The notes under the pieces are model-generated. The model saw only the letters and a program-made list of their open reading frames with translations. It was not told where the DNA came from and ran no database searches. Positions 10,943 through 22,481 of a DNA stretch of 31,852 nucleotides are shown here, in pieces. Each line of letters starts with the position of its first letter. Position 1 is the first letter of the stretch. Position numbers and translations under genes: made by a program. The stretch comes from Octopus sinensis (Eukaryota): the NCBI RefSeq assembly GCF_006345805.1, contig NW_021832169.1, forward strand, positions 1 through 31,852, in the 5' to 3' direction.

Positions 10943-11726
10943 ACACCTTCTGGCAGATTCTAACATGGCTATCTGATTGCTATTGTTAAGCGTCATCGGT
11001 CTGACGGAGTAAATTTGACCGAGGAGACAGGCAATGAGGTCGAAACACTGTGAATCGCGTAAGTTATGAACACACAGAGTTTAAAGGGAGGAGGTGCTCT
11101 CCGATAGCGAAAAACAAGAGACTAGATATTCACATTCGAACCTGCTAGAACGTATTAAAAAATGACTAGATGCGATATCATAAAGTATTTATCATGTACG
11201 GTATTTAATATTTCTTCATCCATTTTGTTGTCCAAATTGATGCCAGTAACTACTCTAAATCATTTCCCGTAACTCATATTTGTTATAATTATGCAAATTA
11301 CCTAATGCCATAAATCTCCTCTACTCTTGTACTCTTTAATGTTCATTGCAGTCAAAATAGGATATCTGTGGTGCTGAGGACGTATACTGGGGGTAAAAAC
11401 ACATGTCAACAACTATCTTCTTACATCCAGTAGAAACAAATGGTCTTTTCTTTAAAGGTACGTATAACAATGGAATTCTTAATTCATGGCGTTATTTCAC
11501 TTTCTCATTTGGAGTTGGTCTCAATTTTCACCAGACTTTTGTTTTTCGTTCTCTTGGTAAACAGACCAAGACGTTATATAGAATTGTATTACGTCTTTGC
11601 TGTCCAAATTCATGTCATTAGTTTTTCTGTTAGTTAATTTTTGTAATAAACACGCGCGCACGTGCGCTTGTGAGTGTGTGTGTGTGTGTGTAAGCTTATA
11701 TGCATATATCTATATATGTATGTATA

Positions 11727-12030
11727 TCTCTCTTTATAAAAATGAGAATGTGGATGAATGTGGATGTGTGTGTCTGTCTGTATGAATCCCTAAAACTCGA
11801 GAACTACACAACCGATTTCATTCACATTTTACACATGCCTTACTTAGGGTCCATGTAGTGTCATGGGCCACAAAAATGTTCAACGCCTTGCCTAATGCGA
11901 GCCCAGAGCAATCTCTTATCTCTTCCACTATTTCAGTATTACGTGTCAAAAGTGAAACAATAACATCTCTCTATTGTAATGTCAGATACTTTCACTTTAA
12001 TAAGTTTCACTATTAATACTGGAACTATTA
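11727..12030 (+). mobile_element. 5' fragment of a non-autonomous Helitron-like element
   Basis: A|TC start followed by tttataaaaatgagaatg, a GT/GTCT microsatellite, and aactacacaaccgatttcattcacatttt. This layout is typical of small Helitron/HINE-type elements. No 3' CTAG end located. Confidence 0.4.
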
Positions 12031-12211
12031 AAGTATATATACATACATGCATACTTATATATATATATTATATATATATATATATATATAATATATATAT
12101 ATATAATATATATATATATATATAAGATGTATATACATACATGTATATATATATATAGATTATGTTTGTAATATGTTCACATATATACATCTATATACAT
12201 ATATATTTATA

Positions 12212-12315
<104 letters not shown>

Positions 12316-12371
12316 CATACATATAAACATACATATATGCATATACATACACGCACACATATGGATGCAGG

Positions 12372-12768
12372 GGTGGCTGTGTGGTAAGAAACTTGGTTCC
12401 AAAACACATGGTCCTGGGTTCCCTCCCACTGTGTGGTAAGTTGGCATGTGTCTTCTGCTATAGCATCAGACCAACCAAAGCCTTCTGAGTGGATTTCGTA
12501 GACAGAAACAGAAAGAAATCAATCGTATATATATATATATCGCCATGTTGATTCGTTAGCTACTGCACGCATTTTTTTTCTCTCCTTCTTTCTGTGTTTT
12601 TTTTCTCTCTGTGTATCTTTCTGTTGAAGAGCGTAGGCTCGAAACGTTAAAGACTTGTTTTATTTATATTTCCTGAGCGCCATACTAATACAATTGTTCG
12701 TTTGTTTTCCACCTGCCTTCGTCTTTTGTCTATTTTCATAAAGCTTCCCGTATATATATAATATATAT

Positions 12769-12838
<70 letters not shown>

Positions 12839-13063
12839 ATATATATGTATGATGTATTTATGTATATATGTAAATGTATGTGTGTGCCTTTGTGTCTGTG
12901 TTTCTCTCTCATGACTGCTTGACAACTGCTGTTGGTTTATTTACATCCCCTTAACTTACTGATTTGACGAGAAGAGACTAATAGAATAGTGCCGGACTTA
13001 TCAAAAATAAAAAAAAAGCACTGGGGTCGATTCATTCGACAAAAAATTCTTCAGGGCAGTGTC
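12372..13063 (+). mobile_element. Composite SINE (A 12372-12526, TA tract, C 12890-13063) with a second element nested in its microsatellite
   Basis: A: gtggtaagaaacttgg...ctatagc...gtggatttcgtagacagaaac. C: gcttgacaac...gcactggggtcgattcattcgac. The internal TA tract is split by the 12540-12750 element. Confidence 0.75.
12540..12750 (+). mobile_element. Short TA-flanked element with a minimal type-I hammerhead-ribozyme-like motif (Penelope-like terminal repeat derivative)
   Basis: tcttt-CTGTTGA-A-GAGC gtag GCTC-GAAAC-GTT-aaaga at 12616-12653: stem I tcttt/aaaga, stem II GAGC/GCTC, palindromic AACGTT in place of stem III. Flanked on both sides by (TA)n. Confidence 0.55.
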
Positions 13064-13092
13064 TCATATTTTTGTTTGCCCACTCAGCTGTA

Positions 13093-14752
13093 TCTATCAA
13101 GCTTAGGGAGGAAGGTAATGCTGTATGTTTCATACAATTTCATGGACCAAAATTACTGAATGGATCCTTATGATATTTGGAACTTAGATTCAATGCATAA
13201 GGGCAGGTATAATGCAGCATGTTTGATTTGAATTTGAGATAGCTTAAAGGGGGCAGAACCCCGCATGAAAATTCATAAATTTCCGATGTTAATTAAATTT
13301 CAACCATAGGTAATTGACACACATCAAAAAGTATTCCCAAAGTCTCCGCTTCTCATGAGGATTCTAAGACCCCCTAATGGGGGCCTTAACTCCCAAATTT
13401 TAGTCATTTGGTATGATCCAAAACTAGGTCAAAAATACTGAATGGATCTTTATGAAATTTGGAAATTATATTCTATGCATAAGGACAGATGTAATGCAGT
13501 ATATATTTGAAAGTGAGGGGGCATAAATGAGGCTATAACCCCCATGAAAATTCATATATTTTTGCTGTTGATGAAATTTTAACCATAGATATTACACACA
13601 AATGAAATAATATTTCTAAAATTTCAACTTCTTAAGAGTTAGTAAGACACCTTAATGGGGGCTTAATCACCACAATTTAGTCAGTTTTCCTAAGCCAAGA
13701 CGAACACAATTGTACTCTTGGAAGCTGTAGGGTTACCCGAGCATACAAGATGAACGTTGTTTGTAATTCAATAGTACAACAGTGTAAGACTTTGCTTTGA
13801 GATATACTTAGATACTTAGATTGTGATTTCTGCAATGTGGTGCATTAATTATCAAGTAAAGGAGAGATACCTTTGCTTCCTTTGATTCAGTTGCAAAGTG
13901 TTGAGTAAAATTATTTGGTTGCAGACCTTCTTTGAGTCTTTTTATTATCACTAAGTCAGAGATAGTCCCCAGATGGTAACATCGATTTCAAGGCTTTCTC
14001 AGATAAGTGACTGGTTACTCAAAGAAATACATTGCAAATTCATTATGCCCAGTTACCTATCGGCATAGTGAACATTGGCAAACTCCAGAGGTGACACTTT
14101 CATTTCTCCTTAGCCCTCACATCACACAGTTGTTAATGTTTATTTGAGTTGGGTCACACCCTTCCAATTGCTATAGATCCGTAATGCATCTTACGGCTGT
14201 GCCCGTCACCTGTGTGGTGAGGAATCCTACATTGGGGTGTGGGAACGACTAGGGTAGGGTAGCTGACTGCTTATTGTGATCATTCGTCTTTTGGATTCCT
14301 GTAGTTTTGCTCTCTTTTACAAACTCAGTGAACATACATATATTTCCGATTTCAAAGAAATTTGAACAATAGATATAAGACCCAAGTTAAAAAGATTTCC
14401 AACAATTCAACTTCTCTGGCTGACATTAAGACCCCACCCCAACAGGGGCCTTAACTCCCACATTTCAGAGCTCCATGTGCACCATGTACTCCATTTTTCA
14501 GGAGCAAAATCCTTTGAATAGGTTTCATAAGATTTGGATTTTGGAACCTGGGCATAAGGAAGAGTAGTATGGGATAAATATGTCATAATTAAAATTTTTG
14601 CTATGGTGTGTAAAGAGGGAAAGAACCCTCATTAAAGTTCTTCAACTGCAATTTTGATGAAATTCGAATCGTAGGTATTCCAGTTCATTAGAGAAAAGTC
14701 TAATTCTTCAATTCCATGTGACACGGGCAAAAACGGGTAGTAACTTAGCTAG
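13093..14752 (+). mobile_element. Non-autonomous Helitron-like element with internal ~283-bp tandem units and an unrelated ~630-bp middle segment
   Basis: Begins A|TC (13092|13093) and ends acacgggcaaaaacgggtagtaacttagCTAG|T (CTAG 14749-14752), consistent with Helitron A/T insertion and a degenerate subterminal hairpin. Units start at 13144 and 13427 (both contain actgaatggatc.ttatga.atttgga). A half unit lies at 14341-14470 and a degenerate unit at ~14495-14700. Confidence 0.65.
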
Positions 14753-14904
14753 TAATTATATAAATGTATGTGTATATTATATATTATATATATATATATA
14801 TATATATGGTGTGTGGTGTGTGTGGTGTGTGTGTGTGTGTGTGTGTGTATAGTATATATATATATAGTATATAATATATATATATATATATAACAAACAT
14901 ATAC

Positions 14905-14937
<33 letters not shown>

Positions 14938-15149
14938 GATTAAAATAAAAAATGAAAAAGCAAAACATTTGGCATTACTGGAAAAAAAAACCCATTTAAT
15001 TTAGCTAGAGAATATACATTCCTTTATCTATCTGTTTATATATATGCACCCCCTAACCACTTTCAGCAAACATGCCCCCACGTTACAAACTACTATATAT
15101 CTACTTTAGTACACCTACCATTTTGTCTTTCCTCCACACTATAGTATAA

Positions 15150-15500
15150 TATTCCAACTCAATCCCAACTCATTCTCAATTCAAAAATGGAATTGATAAC
15201 TTCCACTATTCCTTGTCAAGGATTATCATCAAGCAATCTCATTTGAAACTGCCAATGGACCGGATTTATAAATTTATCATTTATTTGATCATGGAACTGC
15301 GCAATACATATCAATTTCCCTCTGGTCCTTCTTTCATTTTTGACAAACTGGAATGTACTAATATCCTCGATTGGTGATTTTTCTTCATTTTTACATTTCT
15401 CTGACTTCTCCCTTTCTGATGACGGTATACTCAGCTTATGGAATCCTTACTCAATATCATAATTTATATACTTTGTTATTCTAGAAACAGCTTTAAGAGA
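15150..15500 (-). mobile_element. Possible degenerate CR1/L2-like LINE 3' coding fragment
   Basis: Minus translation ...KLSIPSSERE...EDISTFQFVKNERRTRG (RRTRG at ~15332-15318)...P*QGIVEVINSIF loosely follows the CR1 C-terminal order (LPSLE.RR / FF..RTRGH / LP.EVV..SIN.F). Weak. Confidence 0.3.
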
Positions 15501-15745
15501 TATATATGTTTATATTCTCTAATTAAATGGGGTTTTTTTCGATTAATGTCAAATACTTTGATCTTTCCCTTTTTATTTTCCTCTATACCCACCCGCTCAA
15601 GGAGAAACTACTTCTAGCTGCTTTCGATAGGCAGTCTCAACACCGCACTTTTTAGTTGCAGTTCAAGCTGGAGTTTTAATAATGAACCAAATTGAATACC
15701 CATAGTACATTCCTATTACATTACGTCAGTTGACGAAAACTCCTT

Positions 15746-15937
15746 GTATGTATGTATGTATGTATGTATGTATGTATGTATGTATGTATGTATGTATGTA
15801 TGTATGTATGTATGTATGCATGTATGTATGTATGTATGTATGTATGTATGTATGTACGTATGTACGTATGTATGTACGTATGTACGTATGTACGAATGTA
15901 TGTATGTATGTGTGTGTGTATGTATGTATGTATGTAT

Positions 15938-15970
<33 letters not shown>
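15746..15970. repeat. (ATGT)n/(GT)n compound microsatellite
   Basis: Direct reading; it generates the MYVC/HTYI ORFs. Confidence 0.98.
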
Positions 15971-15973
<3 letters not shown>

Positions 15974-16136
15974 GCACATATATGTATTGTGTAAATGCGT
16001 GTATGTATTACTGAATCTAGTCGCATCGTAATGTTTACATCTGAAACAGCAACAACATCAACAATAATAAAACCAAATCTGATTTTTATAAATTAAATAT
16101 TTTGTTTTTATTTCTTTTTAAAAATGATAATAATAA

Positions 16137-16344
16137 TGGTTTCAAATTTTGGCACAAGGCCAATAATTTTAGTGGAAAGAAGTTAAGACGATTTTATCGA
16201 CTCCAGTACTTTATTTTATCGACTCCGTTAATATGAAAGCAAAAGTTGACATCGGCGGGATTTGAGCCCTGAACGTATAGAACAGGAAGAAATGCCGCTA
16301 AGCATTTTGTCTGGTGTCCTAACGATTCTGCCAGCTCACCGCCT
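16137..16344 (-). mobile_element. Family B SINE, diverged
   Basis: Reverse complement carries ggcggtgagctggcagaatcgttag...gttcagggctcaaatcccgccgatgtcaac and the tail ccttgtgccaaaatttgaa. Confidence 0.75.
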
Positions 16345-16358
16345 TGAAAATTATGAAG

Positions 16359-16391
16359 ATGATGATAATAATGATGATGATGATGATGATG

Positions 16392-16455
<64 letters not shown>

Positions 16456-16470
16456 CAACAACAACAACAA
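16359..16470. repeat. Compound (GAT)n-(AAT)n-(AAC)n microsatellite
   Basis: Direct reading. Similar (AAT)n tracts at 16966-17052 and 17206-17285, and (GAT)n at 22416-22480. Confidence 0.97.
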
Positions 16471-16699
16471 AGAAAATGTTAAAAATGAGCTGGTGTATTT
16501 CATTATTTCTTTCTCTTCCTCTTTTTCTTAATATTTAAGTGAAAACAAATTTTGTTTGACATTAGTTGCCCTGAGTGACATAGCAGCTGGCACGAAAAAA
16601 AATTCGAACGAGATCAATAAAAATAAAAATAGTAAAAACAAACAGTAACTAACACGTTTATATATGTGTGTATGTGTGTGTATATATATATATATATAT

Positions 16700-16732
<33 letters not shown>

Positions 16733-16767
16733 GATATATATAAATATACATGCATACATACATATCC

Positions 16768-16818
<51 letters not shown>

Positions 16819-16966
16819 TACATGCATACATACATACATATCCATGATGGTTGGATGTTAATATAATTTGTATGTTGTTTGACGATGCCATCTGCTATTC
16901 TAAACTTACTATTTTCAATTGCTTTTTTCGTCTTATGTGGAAATATATAAAAATACGTGTTTCTAC

Positions 16967-17037
<71 letters not shown>

Positions 17038-17205
17038 TGATGATGATAATAATAAAGTTATAAAATACAATGTTATAACAACGTTATAAAAAAGCTAAAG
17101 TAGAAAAATATTAAGACAAATGAAATGATCATTTGATAATGTGAGTTATAATGACAATAAATAATGGCGTATTGTGATGGATCTTTGTGACTGAATGTGA
17201 AAAGA

Positions 17206-17279
<74 letters not shown>

Positions 17280-18953
17280 TAATAATGCCATTACTACTAC
17301 TAATGATGCTGCTGATGATGAAGGAGGATGAGGAGGATGATAATCTGTGAGAATATAAATATTTGAAAACTTAGTTTTCTTCTTTCTTGGTTTCTTTCCT
17401 ATCTTGAATTATTAGAGATCATTTTAAAGGGCACAATCGATACATCACATTACGATTTCTCAAATACTTGCTGGGTAAATGCAAGACAAAACAAAAGCAT
17501 ACGCTCTTATATATGAGAAGAGAAAGAGTGAGAGAGAGGGGGAGAGAGAAAAGAGAGAGAGAGAGAGAAATTTTTTAAATGTAAAAATAACAACATAAAA
17601 CAGTACGCCAAATTAATGTTTGATTATATACAGCGTTGTGGCTGCGTAGATGAAGAGTTATATATCTTTAAATAAATTAAAATTCTCTGTCCGTTACGTT
17701 TTTATGTTTGTTAACTCTTCTTAGATCGTTGGTGCAAGGACAACGATACTCAGACCAGCAACTCCCCTAATCCCAGAGAATGTCCCGAGGGAGCCTATTT
17801 TTTTAAGGGCTGCATAATTGGAGCCCCGCTGAACCCCATTTTAAACAAAATACATGGCATTGGTGACCAAATCGGAGCAATGACAATGGATTTCATACCA
17901 TGAACTCCCAGGGAATATCGTTAGGAGGTTCAATTTCTGAAAGGCCACTTAAATGGAACCCCACTGACCCCTTATTTTTATTGCATTTACCTCACTCCTA
18001 CGTTTATTGATTAAACTATGATCAGCATCAGTGCTTAGCACATTTGCAGAAATAAGTTTGAGCATTCTAAATACCTTCACATACATTCAATTCGAGATAA
18101 AGAGTTATAATAGGTACGTTTCAAGTGTCGCAGTATGGATATTTATATCTTGTAGTTTATGAAACTTATGTGTTGGTGAAAAACTAATCTTCTTGTTCTG
18201 GTTACAGTTCCTCCCTAAAGATTTGTAATAGAAAATAGAATGAGACTGAGATGAAATGGATCATATTCATTTTATCTCAACCTCATTTAAAAATTTTTTG
18301 GGAAATGGTGAAGTGATAGAAACATTATGATAGCTATGATAGTCATATATTTCACTTGCTTAGTACGAATGGAGGTTCAAGTCTAAAAATATGAATTGAA
18401 TTAATTACTACAGTGAATGTGGAAGCACATATAACTTTGTGAAAGTGTCGCAAATTTTCATCGTCAGAATAAAATGAAAAAAAAAAAAAGGGAAAATGGA
18501 TCGCGAAGGCCTCAAAGATGTCCTCCACAGGAGTGAGCCCGAAGAACGGCTTCAAGGTCAGTGTGTGTGTGTGTGTGTGTACATACATACATACATACAT
18601 ACATACATACATACATACATACATACATACATACATACATACATAATCGCACTCACACACGCATAAACGCTGGTACAGTTGATGATAGCAGAAATTATGA
18701 GATGATGATGATGATGATAATGATGACGATAAAAAAAATGATCATGATGACAATAGTGGCGGTGATGCTAAGTGTAATAATGTTAACAATTACAAAATAG
18801 TTAGACAAGATTATAAAGTTTCCTAGAAAACTTGGGGTATAAACGACTGAATATCTCTGACTATGTGGCTGGTACTCATTGGTGCTTAAATGTCATTTAA
18901 CTTAGATGTGACATAGAGGAAAAGATGACATCGGCGGGTTCGTTATGTAAGTT

Positions 18954-19418
18954 TAGACTAGATATTGTAATACTGTCTTTGCGAACGTCAATTTGAAATC
19001 GAGAAAAGGGTGTGAGATCACATAATGTAATGCTGTTTCAGTGAAGTTCATTCTGAAACAAAAAGGGATAGCGGGTTGAGATCACATTGTAATGCTGTCT
19101 CAGCGAACTTTACTTTGAAACCATGAAGCGGGCGTGAGATCACATATTGTACTGCTGTCTCAGCGAACCTCAATTTAAAGTTAAAAATGGGAGGAGATCA
19201 CAAATTGCAATGCTGTTTGAACGAACTTCACTTTAAAACTGAAAGAGTTTAAAGGTGAGTGAGATCAATTAGTGTAATACTATCTCAGCGAAAGTCAATT
19301 TGAAACTAAAAATGATGGGGGAAGATCACATCCTAAGGCTTTCTCAGCGAACTTTACTTTGAAACTAAGACGAGTGAAACTAGTTTGATTATTACCGTCT
19401 CAGTAGAATTCACTGTCC
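18954..19418. repeat. Degenerate array of about 8 units of 55-67 bp: conserved ~46-bp palindrome-containing repeat plus variable linker
   Basis: Units begin (g/a)agatc at 19014, 19078, 19136, 19194, 19261 and ~19322, with partial units at each end. Consensus GAGATCACATATTGTAATGCTGTCTCAGCGAACTTCACTTTGAAAC. Confidence 0.9.
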
Positions 19419-19690
19419 TTATTACTGTCCTTATATTGAATTCATTCCTTTTGACGAGATGCGATCAATTTTTTGCGAGGGAAGGGAGATGTAGTCGACT
19501 GAGTAAACTCGAACATAATACTGGTTTTTATTTTATCGATCACTGTAGGACTGCGGTCTAAATAGTTTTCTTTATTTAGCTTCGTCACTTTATGTTAAAA
19601 TTCCACCAGATCGATAAAAGAAGCAGTAGCGAGCGAACGCGAGAGCCTCGATTTGGTCATCCGACTTGCAAAATAAGGACGTATTGGATG

Positions 19691-19740
<50 letters not shown>

Positions 19741-19860
19741 ACACATGTGGCAGGCTTCCATAGAATTTCGGTCTCCCAAATTTCACTCTCTACGTTTGGA
19801 CTTATTCGAGACTACGAACAGAATGTGCTTAAGGTGTGTGTGTATCTGTGTGCGTGTGTG

Positions 19861-19895
<35 letters not shown>

Positions 19896-20096
19896 TGTGT
19901 GCGTGTGTGGTGTGTGTGTGGTGTGTGTGTGTATGTGTGTGTGTGTGTGTGTGATGGTCAAACCCAGAATCAAGTAGTTGTGAAATGAACTTTTCTATCA
20001 CATAGCCTGCCCACGGCTATATACATACATTCACCGCCACCTCATACGCACACAGACGTGTGTGTAAGAGTGTGAGAAAGAGGGAGAGACAGAGAG

Positions 20097-20100
<4 letters not shown>

Positions 20101-20175
<75 letters not shown>
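20101..20175. repeat. (GA)n microsatellite within a cluster of CA/TG/TA/ATGT tracts (19692-20440)
   Basis: Direct reading. Confidence 0.97.
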
Positions 20176-20178
<3 letters not shown>

Positions 20179-20344
20179 TACTTGTGTGTATATGTTTGAG
20201 TGTGTGTGTGCTCATGTGAATAGGAAGACATGACGCCGATTGTAAGAAAAAATTATGAGAGCAAAGTGAACAAAAAAAAAGGCTAGTCCAAAATTGCACT
20301 GTAGCTAATTAGCTGGATTGTCTTGACTTCCTCTACGAACATCT

Positions 20345-20407
<63 letters not shown>

Positions 20408-21961
20408 TGTATGTATGTATGTATGTATGTATGTATGTGCATATATATCTGACGACAGTCTATGACACTCTATAGCACTACATAGAAAGAGAGGACAGGA
20501 AGTGTACATTTATGTCTCCACGGACATAAAACTAATGATTTAATTGGTACAAAATTAAGCATGCTGGAACTGAGAGTTGACGGTAACAGGTTCAGAATTT
20601 CTTTTTAAAATAGAATGAAAGTATTACCGATGCTTTCTAACATAATTTCATTCACATTTAGTGTGTATTAATGGAATATAGATCAACATCGACATTGGTA
20701 GTATGAAAGGCAAAGTTGACTTCAGTAGAATTTGCGCTCAGAACGTAAGAAGCTGCAACACATACTGCAGGCCATTTTGTTCAATACTCTTACGATTTCT
20801 GCCAACCCCACCCCATTCTCCGTTGCTGAGGACAACAACAATAATTTTAATAGTAATGATGATGAGATGATGATGCTGCTGATATCAACGACGATCGTGG
20901 TGTTGAATGTCATCTTTGTCTAAAAGTGGGAGGTGAGATATCAAGCGGCATTAAAAGTAATGAACAATTCCTTTGATCGATATTTGGAATTTGCAACTAA
21001 CCCTAGTATCATCAATTGAATCGCTCTACCTCACTTCATTCTATATTGCAGACACATTTAGTTATTTATCGATGCTCCCTTTCCGCAAAACAAGTGAATA
21101 GAAAGCCAAGATTGACACCAACAACGAAGTACAAAACTGTGAAAATATTAAAGCATTTTGATCGCAGCCATCTTCTTGTCATGGTCATGTTTATTGCTGT
21201 GTGCAATGAAAGCAAAGATTTCCTACATATTTGCACAGAACAGAACAGATGGAATTAATTCTAGTACACAACTAATTCTTATTTTACCGAACTCCGATAG
21301 AGGTTGTTGGAGTACGGTGAGGGAAGACAAATTCGACTCCTGGTCTTTAGCCAGCTTCTGGCCTGCTGTTTCTTCAACTCGGCTATTCTATGTGTTTTTT
21401 ACTGGTGATAATTTCCAACATTTTATTCAAAGTTACATACAATGTCAACGTGGGAAATTGCATCGACAGTTGGTCGATGACGTAAAACTACACAAGCGAA
21501 TAGCTTATATAGATAGCAATAATGGGAACTATTCTAAACCGATTTAAGTAGTGAGAGCCTGTCAAAGAAATAGTCAAACTCGTTCGTTGACCTGATGAAC
21601 ATACAATGTATCATGATAATAACGATTTCATTATAGAAACATGTATAACTCTTTGAAGGAAGTCGAATGTAGACTCAAATGTGGACTCAAACGAGGATCA
21701 ATAAAAGGTGGAGTCATATCCCTGGACAAGATCTGCACTTAGATTGTTGGGGCTGCTCAGTTAAATACTGTGGCCTGTTTAGTTCGGCTGTTTAGCTATC
21801 TTATCTCAATTGTTTGTGCTGATAATAATGAGTGCTCTCATTTGTACAAAGTCACATACATTGTAAAGGAAAGGCAGAATAGTCGATATTTCTCTCTCTC
21901 TCAGTCACTCACTCACTCTCCCCTTTCTCCCCCTCTCTATACACATGTTGTATATTCGTTG

Positions 21962-22336
21962 CTACTCTAGGCACAAGGCCCAAAATTTTTGGGGAGAGGG
22001 CAGTCGATTAAATCGACCTCAGTACGCAACTTAATTTATCGATGAAAGGCAAAGTCGACCTCGGCGGAATTTAAACTCAGGACGTAAAGACAAATGAAAT
22101 ACCTATTTCTTTACTACCCACAAGGAGCTAAACACAGGGGGGACAAACAAGGACAGACAAACGGATTAAGACGATTACATCGACTCCAGTGCGTAACTGG
22201 TACTTAATTTATCGACCCCGAGAGGATGAAAGGCAAAGTCGACCTCGGCGGAATTTGAACTCAGAACGTAACGGCAGACGAAATACGGCTATGCATTTCG
22301 CCCGGCGTGCTAACGTTTCTGCCAGCTCGTCGCCTT
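21962..22336 (-). mobile_element. Head-to-tail dimer of family B SINE units
   Basis: Full head at 22336 (ggcgacgagctggcagaaacgttagcacgccgggcgaaatg). The first tail ends tgggtagtaaagaaatag and joins directly to gtatttc of a second, headless unit that ends in the ccttgtgcctagagtag tail. Confidence 0.88.
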
Positions 22337-22416
22337 ACACACATCTTGTATATTACTACTACTAATGGGCAGATCAATCTGCTGTGACGTAAACTAATAC
22401 ACACGACGACGACGGC

Positions 22417-22481
<65 letters not shown>

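Noticed and set aside
11015-11075. Second hammerhead-like motif (ccgagga-gac...gtc-gaaac)
   Set aside because: The core reads CCGAGGA, and I could not pair stem I or stem III convincingly. At best a decayed relic.
18954-19418. CRISPR array (palindromic repeats ending TTGAAAC with variable spacers)
   Set aside because: Eukaryotic context and no cas genes. Repeats are highly degenerate, and the spacers are short (10-21 nt) and mutually similar (AAAA...GGG...GT), consistent with minisatellite divergence.
21016-21547. 129-aa and 80-aa plus-strand ORFs with non-repetitive composition
   Set aside because: TTG starts, no recognisable domain, and no splice context I can support. May be a decayed TE but cannot be classified.
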